Positions 24,040 through 34,345 of a stretch of DNA of 64,000 bases are shown here, piece after piece (the first letter of the stretch is position 1; every line of letters begins with the position of its first letter). Below the pieces are notes generated by a model, which was given only the letters and a program-made list of their open reading frames with translations, was not told where the DNA came from and did not search any database. The stretch is from Nitrospirales bacterium. Lineage in GTDB: Bacteria; Nitrospirota; Nitrospiria; Nitrospirales; UBA8639. The DNA lies in contig CBDBCZ010000013.1 of the NCBI GenBank assembly GCA_965203295.1, forward strand, positions 832,001-896,000, read 5' to 3'. The translations under genes and the position numbers were made by a program.

Positions 24040-24470
24040 TCAAGACTCGACATTGCAGCAAATGGCTTCTGCATGGGGAGGTCGTTTCGAGAAGACGTAT
24101 ATGGATGTCAGGGTGTTCAACCCACATGCTCCCACCAACAGGGGCACCAGCATCTCCAACTGCTTTAGAAAGCATGAAGTAGAGAAGAAGTGTGCTTACG
24201 AGCAACGAATTTGAGAGATAGAACACCCTACTTTCACTCCCTTGGTGTTCTCTGCTACTGGGGTGAGGCATGGCCAAGCATACCATGACCTTCTACCAAC
24301 AGCTAGCCTCCCTTCTAGCAGACAAGTGGGGATACCCGTACAGCTCTACTCTCTGCATGCTGGCTTCGATCCCGAATCGCCTTCTCTCTTCTGCGGTCGG
24401 CAATTCAGTGCATCAGAGGTGCCCGCTCTTCCCGTGGACACGCCGCCAAATCGACTCCCCCCCCCACCTA
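24040..24470 (+). mobile_element. Degraded 3' fragment of an RLE-type (CRE-like) non-LTR retrotransposon
   Basis: Broken frames give RLDIAANGF.GGRFEKTYMDVRVFNP, HEVEKK.AYEQRI, FTPLVFSATG, FSLLRSAIQCIRGARS. Confidence 0.7.
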
Positions 24471-25043
24471 TTTAACTCTTTCCCAGCCAAGTTTTAATAC
24501 ATCCATAAGGCTAATGTGAATTTATATAGGCATTTTTATATTAGGCGTTAATATAAAGTACATGTTTTTTCTATTTTATATGGGCACAATCAACGAGGCG
24601 CGATTGCGCCCCATGTGAACGATTAACCCTCTCTTTTGTTTTGCTCTGTTGTTTCCTTTTTGTTTCAAGTTTATATACCCTTTGTTTTCTTTTGGTTACT
24701 CCTGCATTGCTGGACGATGTTTTGTTTCTATATAATTATTATTATTCAATAATTATCCGCGAAAAAAAAATTGCCAGGACTCTCCAACTCACGCGATTTA
24801 TTTATCCGTTCACTTCGGTGAGAAACGGAGGGTGTGGTGGCCTCCGCGTCGATATACAAACGGTTCTATACGTGGGCTCCACTGAGTCTTCAACTGGGCC
24901 TGTCGACGCCTTATATGTAAGTTAAGTTGCGCCCTGACGTTGTAGGCGCGACCGCGAGTATTGCCGCTTTATCGTACGTATAGACATAATTGTCGCAGCC
25001 TATATCGCCATTGTCAGGGCTTGTTCTTCTCTGCACTAGGTGA

Positions 25044-25718
25044 CCGTATAGCGGGAAATTTTCGCGCTTTTCGCGGCCGTGACGATTTTGCGAAAAATAA
25101 GAACTTCAAAATTTTGAAACGGTGAACTTTTGACATTTTGGCATTTTATGGGGATTAACCCGTGGGTTAATCCGAGTTCATTAGAAGAGGCGGAGCTACG
25201 CATGCGCTCCAAAGAGATCTTACCGCCTTTTCCACTCCAGTAGCAGGAGCGGTTGCTGACAAAAGAGCCACGAAGAGAGTGTCCATTAGTTGACCCACCC
25301 AGCATACCCTCCCTCTGAAGCCTGGCATGTGGAGATATATGGCCAGATGTAGACAGGATTCGTAGAAACTCTCCATCGTCATGGCGTACATACATGTCGA
25401 TGTGATCAGAGTAAGGGGTGAGACATAATTGGGGCGAGCACCCCCAATTTCCTCCCAAACACAGCTTATATCAGTCCATTAAGCAATGCGGGCAATAGGA
25501 TGGACTGCACCCTTACTCTCCCACCAATTAGTAGCTTACGGCATAGATAGTACTACTATCTATGCTTACGGTGATAGCATAGGATGGTCACGTCCATTAT
25601 AGGAAATCACTAATTACCGACACTGGCACAGGATGGCCACGCCCATTAAAGGCAATCACTAATTATCGTCACTAGTTAACGCAAAAATTTTCACCTGCGA
25701 AAATTTTCCGCTATACGG
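25044..25718. mobile_element. MITE with TIR ccgtatagcgg(g)aaattttcgc
   Basis: Right end gcgaaaattttccgctatacgg; a shorter version occupies the same site in copy 2 (46166-46324). Confidence 0.8.
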
Positions 25719-26976
25719 TATATTTATGACTGTACACTTCCAGGCTGCTAAATTATCGTCCTTGATCTCTGACAATGCTCTGTTCGAAACCACAGTACTA
25801 ACTAGTAATGAGTGTGTTTGGCCCGCGAGACTGCTGGTGAGCGCGTTTATATTCAACTGAGCGCTTTCGCGTGCATATAATAGATAGATAGATAGATAGA
25901 TAATTATTAATGTCTCGCCACTTGGGCAGCAGGCCAAAACTGGCCTATGAGACAGTGTGCACATACACGATAGGTGGTCACAGTCATACACACATCTACA
26001 AAAGAAAGCATATTAATAAGGACATCAGAGAAGAGAAGAGACAGAATAGTGGGACTAGTGGGTGAATGGCGAGTACAGATACCACAATTATTTTTATTTT
26101 TTTCTTTTTTTTTTTCTTTCACAGACACCAGACACAGATCAAAACCACACAGCAATGGTAATTTACAGCCGACAAAAAGCATGATGGGAATAATACAAAA
26201 TTTAATAAAAGTACAAATAAAATGGATGTATGACTTGAATTGGTTATAGTTTTTGTTTCAAAAAGTACAAAACAGCGTAGCATACAGCACATCGATGGGA
26301 CTGACATAAAACAATAGGAGCAGAGACATGAGTGTATAACCTTAGCCAATGGATAGATGTAAGTGTGGGTCAGTTTTCCCTTACAAATCGGGATATAAAG
26401 GAGCAAAAGGTAGTCCGTGGGAAGGGAGGTATTGTGCAGTGACTTAGATACTAAACAAATTCTTCAGTGGAATCTAAAGAGATATTCATGGGTTGAGGTC
26501 GTGTCACCCTTGGATCTGCCAGTGACTTCTAGGATTGTGGTCGAGGTAAGATAACGTTTGGTGTGAAGATATATAGAGTACAAAGTCACATAGGATGATG
26601 CAGACTTTAGGGATCGTGGTCGAGGCATAATACAGTTTGGTGTGTAAAGTGTTAGATGCATGGATATAGTAGGGACAGACGATGAAGTATACTAACTACA
26701 TAATACAGTAAGTTTGGTGTGTAAAGTGATAGTTGCATGGATATAGTAGGAACAAACAATGAATTATACTAACTATAGTAACTAGTAACAGTGCGGATCG
26801 TGCTAGTGTCTGCATTAATTTCTCTCTCTTTTTTTTTTTCTTTTTTTTTTTGTGACTATCTTAACCCACAAGAGGAGAAAAGGGAGGAGGACGAAAATAG
26901 GGGGGGGGGGGGGGTTCAGAGGGGAAGGAACAGAAAAATAAGTGAACATATAATTATAAGCATACTATAAAAATAG

Positions 26977-29900
26977 TTAACATTCGGTCAGACTTCTTTG
27001 GAGTAGGTACATTTCATATATAAGTTTGCTTACTGCCGTATCGTGCGCACAGAGGGACATAATTAGGATCGTCTTCTCCACAGGGGGCAGGGTGTAAAAA
27101 CTTGGCCCACCTAGTGCATCTGATGCAACTTGGTAGAGCTTTGCTCTGAGTTCCATGAGGGGGTGACAGAAGTTTACGAAATGGACTTCATCGCCTAAGC
27201 CTTCCTTGCATAGCTGGCAGGTTCTTTGCTGCAGTGGGATTTTGGGAGATCTGTATCTCCCCAGTTCGACGTCAAGTGGGAGGCATCCACACCGAAACAT
27301 AGTTATGATGCGTCTTTTGCCAGCAGAGATAGACCTATTCACGTATAGTTCCTGAGATGGCTCATCTTTTACGTGTCTATAAAAACGGAGACGACCACCG
27401 GATTCCGAGTTACTTGGAGTCGTTTGGACCGAGGCCTCCCACTTCTGAAATTCCCTATCCATGATAGCTATCCAAACATCCTTTTCTGTACAGGAATGTG
27501 GCAACTGGTTGTGGTCACGTAGAGAGTCCAGGAGGTTCGTTGTGCTTCGGGCCCAGTTCTTCCTCCCGGACTCTGCAAGAGACTTACTCCACACATAGAT
27601 CTTATGAGTTAGCCTATTCCCTTCCATTGACTTTACTCTGTACCAGAATCTAAGAATGCTGAAGTCAATATAAGCCTTGAAGGGGATCCATCCTGTCTCA
27701 CCAAAAAGGCCTGCCAAAGGGCATGTTTTATTCACTCCCAAAAAACATCTTAAGGCTCTATGCTGAATGCTCATAATTTTAGGGAGGACCTTGTGCCCCC
27801 AGATACATGCGTTTGTCATTATAATTGGTTGGACAAGCTGCGTAAAGAGCAAGGTATAAGTCTCAAAATGAAAACCCCCAGTCGCTCTCATTCTATGATT
27901 AAGAAGGGCGAGTGCCCTGTTAGCCTTGTGAATAATTCCCTCTACTGACACATTCCAGTCTAAATGTTCATGTAGGAGCAAACCCAAGTACTTATACTGC
28001 GAGGTGTATAGAATCTCATAATCCTGGAAGGTGAAAGTAACAGAGGACCTAGGTTTACTTCGCAATCTCCTCCGAAAGTGGACTATATTAGTTTTAGTCG
28101 TGTTAATATTCATTTCCCACTTTGCACACCACCCCGCAACTACATCAATAAGGCATTGTAGGTTTCCTGCGGAGGGGGCAAGGAGAACTACATCATCTGC
28201 GTAAAGGAGTGCAGATATGCTACAAGTCTGACATTCAACTCCAGCCTGCTTGGAGTTTATTTCACTCACCAAGTCATCTATGAACATCGCAAATAGTGTA
28301 GGCGAGAGAATACACCCCTGTTTTACCCCATTGTTGACAGTGAACCAGTCGGTAAAAGCTTGATTCACATCTACCACACATCTAACATCTGCATACAGAG
28401 CCTGCAGTGCGGTGAGGAAATTTCCGAATAGGCCAAAACGCACTGACAGTTTATCCCAAAGGAGGTCTCGGTTTACGCAGTCAAAAGCCTTTTTAAAATC
28501 CACAAAACAAGCAAAGGTATCTTTTTTTTGACACATACAATTTTCTATTACGGATGTGAGTGCAAAAATATGGTCCTGACAGGATCTATTTGCCCTAAAA
28601 CCATTCTGCTCATCACTAAGTGCATCATTACTTTCCAACCAATCCCTAAGCCGGGAGTTTAACATCCTACAATATGACTTGGCCACAAAAGATTGGAGGG
28701 CTATACCTCTGTAATTAGTGGTTGATTGAGGGTCAAGGTGGGACTTAGGTATGGGTTTGATTACGGTTTTAAACCATGCAGATGGAACTTCTCCGTGTTG
28801 ATAGCAATAGTTAAAGAGGGAATGTAAGAAATCAATACATACATCGTTTTTAATAAAGAGAGGTTGAATTTGGTCAAATCCGGGTGATTTAGCATTGTCA
28901 TTTGCCAGGATGGCACTTTTCACTTCTTCGTATGAGAAAGTGGCATTAAGCTCCGAGGCATCTAAGTTCAGAGATTCAGAGGGGAGAGCAGCCGTTAAAC
29001 TATGCCCGCTGGTGTGTGGGTTTAAAAGCGAGCAAAAATAGTCCCTCCACATAGATAGTACTTCACTACCTTCAGTAACCGTCTGACCATCTGCTGTACG
29101 CATAGTGCTGGGCAGCTCATGGGTGGTTGACCCAATACCCTTTACAAAGTTCCAAAAGGCCTTGGGGTTACGTTTCTGCTGATCTAGAAGCCTGTTTTGT
29201 CTCTCTCTCCGGTAACGGCGCTTGCTTTTCCGTACTAATTTACTAAATTCTTTCTGGCTATGAAGATAAAGCTCCCTAAGATCGTTGTTACTTTTGTTCT
29301 GTTCCCATGCCTTGAGAGAGAACCTAACAGCTTTGGCTAATTCCCTTAGTTCCTCATTCCACCAGGCTTTTCGGCGATTTGAAGTGTGACTGAGGTTCGT
29401 AGGAGATTGGTCCCCAATTTGTTCGTCAATTACTTTACAGAAGGAGTCATACACTGTATTAACGTCGACGTGTGAGGTATCGAATAAGAGTTGAGCAGCT
29501 AGCGATTGCACTTTTCCAGCAGTTGCTGCATCTTGCATGTATTCAGGAGGAACTTTTCTCCTGGCCCTAGGTTTTCTACCATTGATTTTCCTTACTGTAG
29601 TGAGGGATTGCTTAACATCCACAGTGAGGATTCTGTGGTCTGGAATAGTGGAATCAATAGGAATACCCTTAGAGATAATAGTGCCAGGGATGTCGTGAAC
29701 CTGAAAATTGCTGAAAAGACCTAAGGACGTAAGGGGGGCTATACAGTAATCCACCACCGATAACCCTTTGGTGGAGACAGAAGTAAAATTATCTTTAGTC
29801 GGCTCAAATCGCCCATTTAGTATACCTAATTCTAGGGTACGTAGCATTTCAATTAACTCCTTTCCAATTTTGTTACTTATGTTGTCCACTGAAATTCTAG

Positions 29901-30591
29901 TAGGAATATTATCTACTCCTGGGGCATCATCTAGGGAACCACACCTTGCATTCAAGTCACCACATATTAGGAAATCTCCCAAATGGTAATTATCTATGAC
30001 CAGGGCTTTCAGAGTATCAAAAAATTCTTGGGATTTGTCCCCCCTGGACGATCCTATTGGTGGGAGGTAACATACACAAATACCGACCTGTTTCCCATTT
30101 TGCCTTTGGATTAACTGCAGCCACAGAATACCCTCATACTTCTCTGCTATAGCTGCAACATTGTAGTGCTCTAAGACTGAATGCTTTATTAGTACCCCTA
30201 CTCCTCCAGACCCTCTGATGGCTCTTTTCGAGATAGACTTACGATTGTTTCCATACCAACTATAGCCTTCCATATTAATGGCGTGGTCGTCTCTTAAGAA
30301 GGTTTCACACAAACATACAATATCTAGGTCAAGGGCCTTAATCACATTACAACGTAGTTTCTGGGCAGGGTCTAAGCTCCACCCACAAACATTCCAGACA
30401 CCTATCGACAGGTTGTCTGGGCAGGGAGAGGAGGAAGTTGGAGGCTCATTAGTGCTGGGATTCTGTAGCGCCTTATTGGCGGAAAAGCAGCGGTGTTGGG
30501 TGGGCACTGTGGAGGGGGATGTTTGTTGCTCAGAGGTGGTAATTTCAGGCTCATCAAGGGAAGTGGGCGTTTGGATAAAAAAGGCTGACAA
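26977..30591 (-). CDS. LINE ORF2: AP endonuclease + reverse transcriptase + C-terminal Cys/His motif; no AUG before the endonuclease domain
   Basis: WNVCG, LCET, GDLNAR, VDY, PDH; YRGIAL, DFKKAFD, GVKQGCILSP, YADD, YKYLG; CQLC....DEVHFVNFC. Confidence 0.93.
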   Translation of the reverse strand: MSAFFIQTPTSLDEPEITTSEQQTSPSTVPTQHRCFSANKALQNPSTNEPPTSSSPCPDNLSIGVWNVCGWSLDPAQKLRCNVIKALDLDIVCLCETFLRDDHAINMEGYSWYGNNRKSISKRAIRGSGGVGVLIKHSVLEHYNVAAIAEKYEGILWLQLIQRQNGKQVGICVCYLPPIGSSRGDKSQEFFDTLKALVIDNYHLGDFLICGDLNARCGSLDDAPGVDNIPTRISVDNISNKIGKELIEMLRTLELGILNGRFEPTKDNFTSVSTKGLSVVDYCIAPLTSLGLFSNFQVHDIPGTIISKGIPIDSTIPDHRILTVDVKQSLTTVRKINGRKPRARRKVPPEYMQDAATAGKVQSLAAQLLFDTSHVDVNTVYDSFCKVIDEQIGDQSPTNLSHTSNRRKAWWNEELRELAKAVRFSLKAWEQNKSNNDLRELYLHSQKEFSKLVRKSKRRYRRERQNRLLDQQKRNPKAFWNFVKGIGSTTHELPSTMRTADGQTVTEGSEVLSMWRDYFCSLLNPHTSGHSLTAALPSESLNLDASELNATFSYEEVKSAILANDNAKSPGFDQIQPLFIKNDVCIDFLHSLFNYCYQHGEVPSAWFKTVIKPIPKSHLDPQSTTNYRGIALQSFVAKSYCRMLNSRLRDWLESNDALSDEQNGFRANRSCQDHIFALTSVIENCMCQKKDTFACFVDFKKAFDCVNRDLLWDKLSVRFGLFGNFLTALQALYADVRCVVDVNQAFTDWFTVNNGVKQGCILSPTLFAMFIDDLVSEINSKQAGVECQTCSISALLYADDVVLLAPSAGNLQCLIDVVAGWCAKWEMNINTTKTNIVHFRRRLRSKPRSSVTFTFQDYEILYTSQYKYLGLLLHEHLDWNVSVEGIIHKANRALALLNHRMRATGGFHFETYTLLFTQLVQPIIMTNACIWGHKVLPKIMSIQHRALRCFLGVNKTCPLAGLFGETGWIPFKAYIDFSILRFWYRVKSMEGNRLTHKIYVWSKSLAESGRKNWARSTTNLLDSLRDHNQLPHSCTEKDVWIAIMDREFQKWEASVQTTPSNSESGGRLRFYRHVKDEPSQELYVNRSISAGKRRIITMFRCGCLPLDVELGRYRSPKIPLQQRTCQLCKEGLGDEVHFVNFCHPLMELRAKLYQVASDALGGPSFYTLPPVEKTILIMSLCAHDTAVSKLIYEMYLLQRSLTEC

Positions 30592-31667
30592 GCGGCTGGA
30601 TCATGTGGACACTGAGAAACAGGCGGCCTTGTATTAGAGGGCTTCCTGGATGGTTTCCGAGGAGGGAGCAGGCTAAGGAACCATGGCAGGTGATGACTGT
30701 TTTTCAGGCCCTGGTCTAGCAAGTTACACCTATCAAGGTTGGCACAGGTCACTTTCAAAAACTTCTTTGTTGATCCCGAGAAGGAGGATTCACTCAAGGG
30801 CATTGTCAAACTATAGCCCTCCAGAGTGATACCCCCTTTTGACAATTGGTCTTCTACTTCCTGTATGCTCAAGCGACTAGGCACATTGCGTAGGTACACT
30901 ACCACCGGAGAGCTGGCGGGGGGACAATTTTGAGTATTGTCACAATTGTCTTGGGTGTAGTTGTGACCTGTGTCTCTAGGTGGGTTTGCCTGTTTGTTAG
31001 ACAGGGCTTGTGAGGCAGACTGGGCTGGAAGGTCGCCTACTGTAGACTGGGTTACTGGATGGTCCATAGGGCTATGGGTAGTGGATCGTTGCAGCTGGGG
31101 GGGCCTGGACAGTGGATTCACTACCTGCAGAGGGTGCTGGGAAGTGGGCGGATTTGAAGGCAGTGGGTGACAGTTCCCCTGAGGCACTTGGTCCCTCCCT
31201 GCATTATCCCCATCACTATTGTCTAGTAGCTGAAGTGGAGCAAATCTGTTTCGAGACAGTGGGATTTGTAGGTCTGAGCTCGTGGGTGTGGTGGGGAGGT
31301 TCAAAGGGGCAGAGGCGGTATCCAAGGTCATGAATTCAACAGCTTGAGATAGTTCTTTCATTGCGGTTTGGAGCTCACTTACAGTTTGCTCCAGGAGGGG
31401 GACTTTAGAGACTTCTATACGCAGTGCTGTTAACTCACTAGCCAGCTCCGAGACTGTTGGTTTCACAGATTTCCAGTTATCGAGGCATTTGGGGCAAAAC
31501 CACTGGAACCCCTCTAACTTCCCTGCTAGCTTGTAGGCTTGCTTTGTAACCCCTACACAGTCAGTATGAGCCCACTTGTTACACACATCACACTGCAAGG
31601 CTTGACTATGCTTCGTGATGGTGGTCGTGCATGACTCTAAGAGACATGCAACGCTGTCAGTTGCCAT
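30402..31667 (-). CDS. LINE ORF1: PHD finger, coiled coil, low-complexity linker, RRM-like C-terminus
   Basis: LQCDVCNKWAHTDCVG...WFCPKC; heptad-rich segment; VVYLRNVP. Confidence 0.85.
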   Translation of the reverse strand: MATDSVACLLESCTTTITKHSQALQCDVCNKWAHTDCVGVTKQAYKLAGKLEGFQWFCPKCLDNWKSVKPTVSELASELTALRIEVSKVPLLEQTVSELQTAMKELSQAVEFMTLDTASAPLNLPTTPTSSDLQIPLSRNRFAPLQLLDNSDGDNAGRDQVPQGNCHPLPSNPPTSQHPLQVVNPLSRPPQLQRSTTHSPMDHPVTQSTVGDLPAQSASQALSNKQANPPRDTGHNYTQDNCDNTQNCPPASSPVVVYLRNVPSRLSIQEVEDQLSKGGITLEGYSLTMPLSESSFSGSTKKFLKVTCANLDRCNLLDQGLKNSHHLPWFLSLLPPRKPSRKPSNTRPPVSQCPHDPAACQPFLSKRPLPLMSLKLPPLSNKHPPPQCPPNTAAFPPIRRYRIPALMSLQLPPLPAQTTCR

Positions 31668-31802
31668 ACTCAGTAGAGGGGGGGGGGTGGGGGGGGGGGG
31701 GTGGGGCTGTCCTTGTAGGTATCGCTACCAAGTTCAGCTCTTTGCTAGGAGTCACTTTTTACAAACGTTAAATTTAGCGTAACTTACCGGCAGAGTGTGC
31801 TC

Positions 31803-31835
31803 TAGCCTCGCGTAGAGTCTGGCTATGCGAGACTA
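31803..31835. mobile_element. Collapsed TAGCCTCG-family hairpin (also at 46552-46584)
   Basis: tagcctcgcgtag...ctatgcgagacta flanked by agagtgctc-like 9-mers. Confidence 0.6.
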
Positions 31836-31914
31836 AGAGTGCTCCTGTTAGCCAGTTTTATGCAGCAAGATTTGTGTTTTGACAACTTCTAGTAACCTAT
31901 ATGAACTGCTATTA

Positions 31915-34345
31915 GGATCATAAATGATTGATATATAGCTAGTAGCATTAAAAGTTGCCACCTGTCAGAATTGCAACATGCTTGCACTGTCATCACTCTC
32001 AAAATTGCTTAGACCAGCATGCAGACAGCTAGCTGGTATAAGGTACATATTCACCAAACATGATTGTAATTAATTCCCTGGGAAGTCCACCCATAAAGCT
32101 ATTGGCGGTGGCAACTCGCGAAGCGAACGAGAGTGTGAAGCGTGCGTTGGAGAAGCAATCCGAGAATGGGAATGCCGCCGCCACAATAAAGATAAGATCG
32201 AAAAGTACTTGAATTAGCCGCAAAATGGCAAAATCGCAAAGGTTTCTCACACGCAAAATATTGCAGCATTGCGGTAATAGGCCTATTCATCTTCTGAGTA
32301 TGTGACGGCGAGAGGTCTGGGGAATCCCCAGGGAAGTCCTCTAACTGTAAACAATTCACTACCACTACAAAGTCATAGGCCATTTTCGGTCTACTGCCCC
32401 TGAGGCGTGACGTAAAAATGCTTATCTATCTGTCTATATGGGTGTAAGTATGGTATGCTATAGGTCATGAGCTGGACTGTCGGATTATGTCGTCAATCGC
32501 GATGTGGGCGTGGCGACGCTAGGATATTTTTCTCGGGGCAGATTGTTCAAAGATGAGCCATGGCTGCTATAGGCCTATAGGAGAGGTTGTGCTGCTTGAG
32601 TCATATTCGCTTTGCTCGGTCGTACCATAGCTAGCAGAGTAGAAGGTACTTCTACTCAACTATCTAGTGCTGATAGTTATCTCTACTTCTACCGAGGCTA
32701 CAGCTAGCTAATGTGGTAGCTGTAGTAAGCTCCGGGTAATTGCCGGGATCTCTGACCCTTCTTGCATTGTAGGTTACGAAGATGGTATGCTTGTGCCAGT
32801 GACACCATTTTGCATGTGCCTTCATAAAGCACCATATAAATTATTTGGTCATAACTCAAACTGGAGAAACCCTACATTAGTTTGCGCATGTTATAAATTG
32901 CTAACTGCTATCGGGATCATAAATGTAGCTAGTAGCATTAAAAGTTGCCACCTGTCAGAATTGCAACATGGTTGCACTGTCATCACTCTCAAAATTGCTT
33001 TATAGACCAGCCTGCAGACAGCTAGCTGGTATAACATTATTGCAAACATATTAATTATAATAGGTCTATTCATCTTCTGAGTATGTGCCGGCAAGAGGTC
33101 TGGGGAATCCCCAGGGAAGTCCTCTAACTGTAAACAATTCACTACCACTATACCCAAGTACAAAGTACGGCGGGTGAGCGAGCTGCATATATCGTTACAG
33201 TGCTGTCTCATAGGCCATTTTTGGCCTGCTGCCCCTGAGGCGTGACGTAAAAATCTAATGTTTATCTATCTGTCTTGCTATAGGTCATGAGCTAGACTGT
33301 CGGATTACGTCATCAATCACGCCTATAGGAGAGGTTGTGCTGCTTGAGAGTCATATTCGCTTTGCTCGGTCGTACCATACATGTAGCTAGCTGAGTATAG
33401 AAGGTACTTCTACTCAACTATCTAGTGCTGATAGCTATCTCTATATAGAATAGAATATTTTAACGTCTCGTCCCAAGGACAGCAGGCCAAAATGACCTAT
33501 GAGACAGCATACAATTACAACTTCAAGAACTGTCGATAACAGTAACTGTTTTATTTCTAGTTCGGCTAGCAATTGGACTCGGGACTACAGGTAACCATTC
33601 ATAGCTATGGCGGGTATTTCCTCGTCTAAACAATAGGCCTGGGGTTCCACTGATTTCTCTATATGCTACCTCCTTAGCATGTTTGATCTGTAACTTCTTC
33701 ATAGTTGCTCTGCGTGGTGCATGTTGTTAGTGTACCATTCCCTTCCTCACGGTCTATGGCTTGGTCTAGCCCACTCTTCTGAACTGGAGTCCAACCTGCC
33801 TGCCCACCTTTTACAAACTTAACACCAGGTATGTCATCTCTCATCTCGTACATCACTGACTCGCAGGCAGTTAGGCTAATGGCTGCATGAAGTTTCAGAC
33901 AAATCCGTAGGGGTAGAAGTAGTGGGAGGGACAACTGGAGTTCCAGTCAAATCCGTGGGGGCATCAGTAGTGGGAGTGCCAGCTGGACATCTAGTCAAAT
34001 CCATGGGGATGGGAGTAGTAGGGAGAGCTACCGGAGTTCCAGTCAAATCCATAGGGGCAGGAGTAGCGGGAAGGCAACGGGCACCAAGAGAACACGATGG
34101 AGATTTTGGCTTTTCACACCTTCCTTGGCAAGGAGCTGACACTTCTGGAATTCCAGTAGAGTATGGTACGGTAGCTGTAGTAAGCTCCCTTTGGTAATTG
34201 CCCGGATCTCTGAGCCTTCTTGCATTGTAGGTCATGCGCGAACACGGCATGCGTGTGCCAGAGACACCATTTTGAACATGTGCCTTCATAAAGCACCATA
34301 TAAATTATTTGGTCATGACTCAAACTGGAGAAACCCTACATTAGT
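31915..34345. repeat. Two diverged ~1-kb tandem units upstream of the NLR (same pair at ~46660-49590)
   Basis: ggatcataaatg..gctagtagcattaaaagttgccacctgtcagaattgc at ~31915 and ~32914; shared downstream blocks through aaccctacattagtttgcgcatg. Confidence 0.85.
33444..34161 (-). mobile_element. 5'-truncated retroposed insert with a LINE-like 3' stem-loop, short (TTCTA)n tail and a degraded non-RT ORF
   Basis: Absent at ~49392-49398 in copy 2; 33460-33507 closely matches the LINE 3' end at 25907-25955; 48-bp tandem repeats at 33897-34075. Confidence 0.75.

Larger units (their letters stand above)
25881..31760 (-). mobile_element. Full-length APE-type LINE (CR1/L2-group-like): PHD ORF1, EN-RT ORF2, ~1.1-kb 3' UTR, (TATC)n tail
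   Basis: Absent from the duplicate (empty site ~46490-46510); microsatellite tail at 25881-25902; no clear TSD. Confidence 0.9.
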
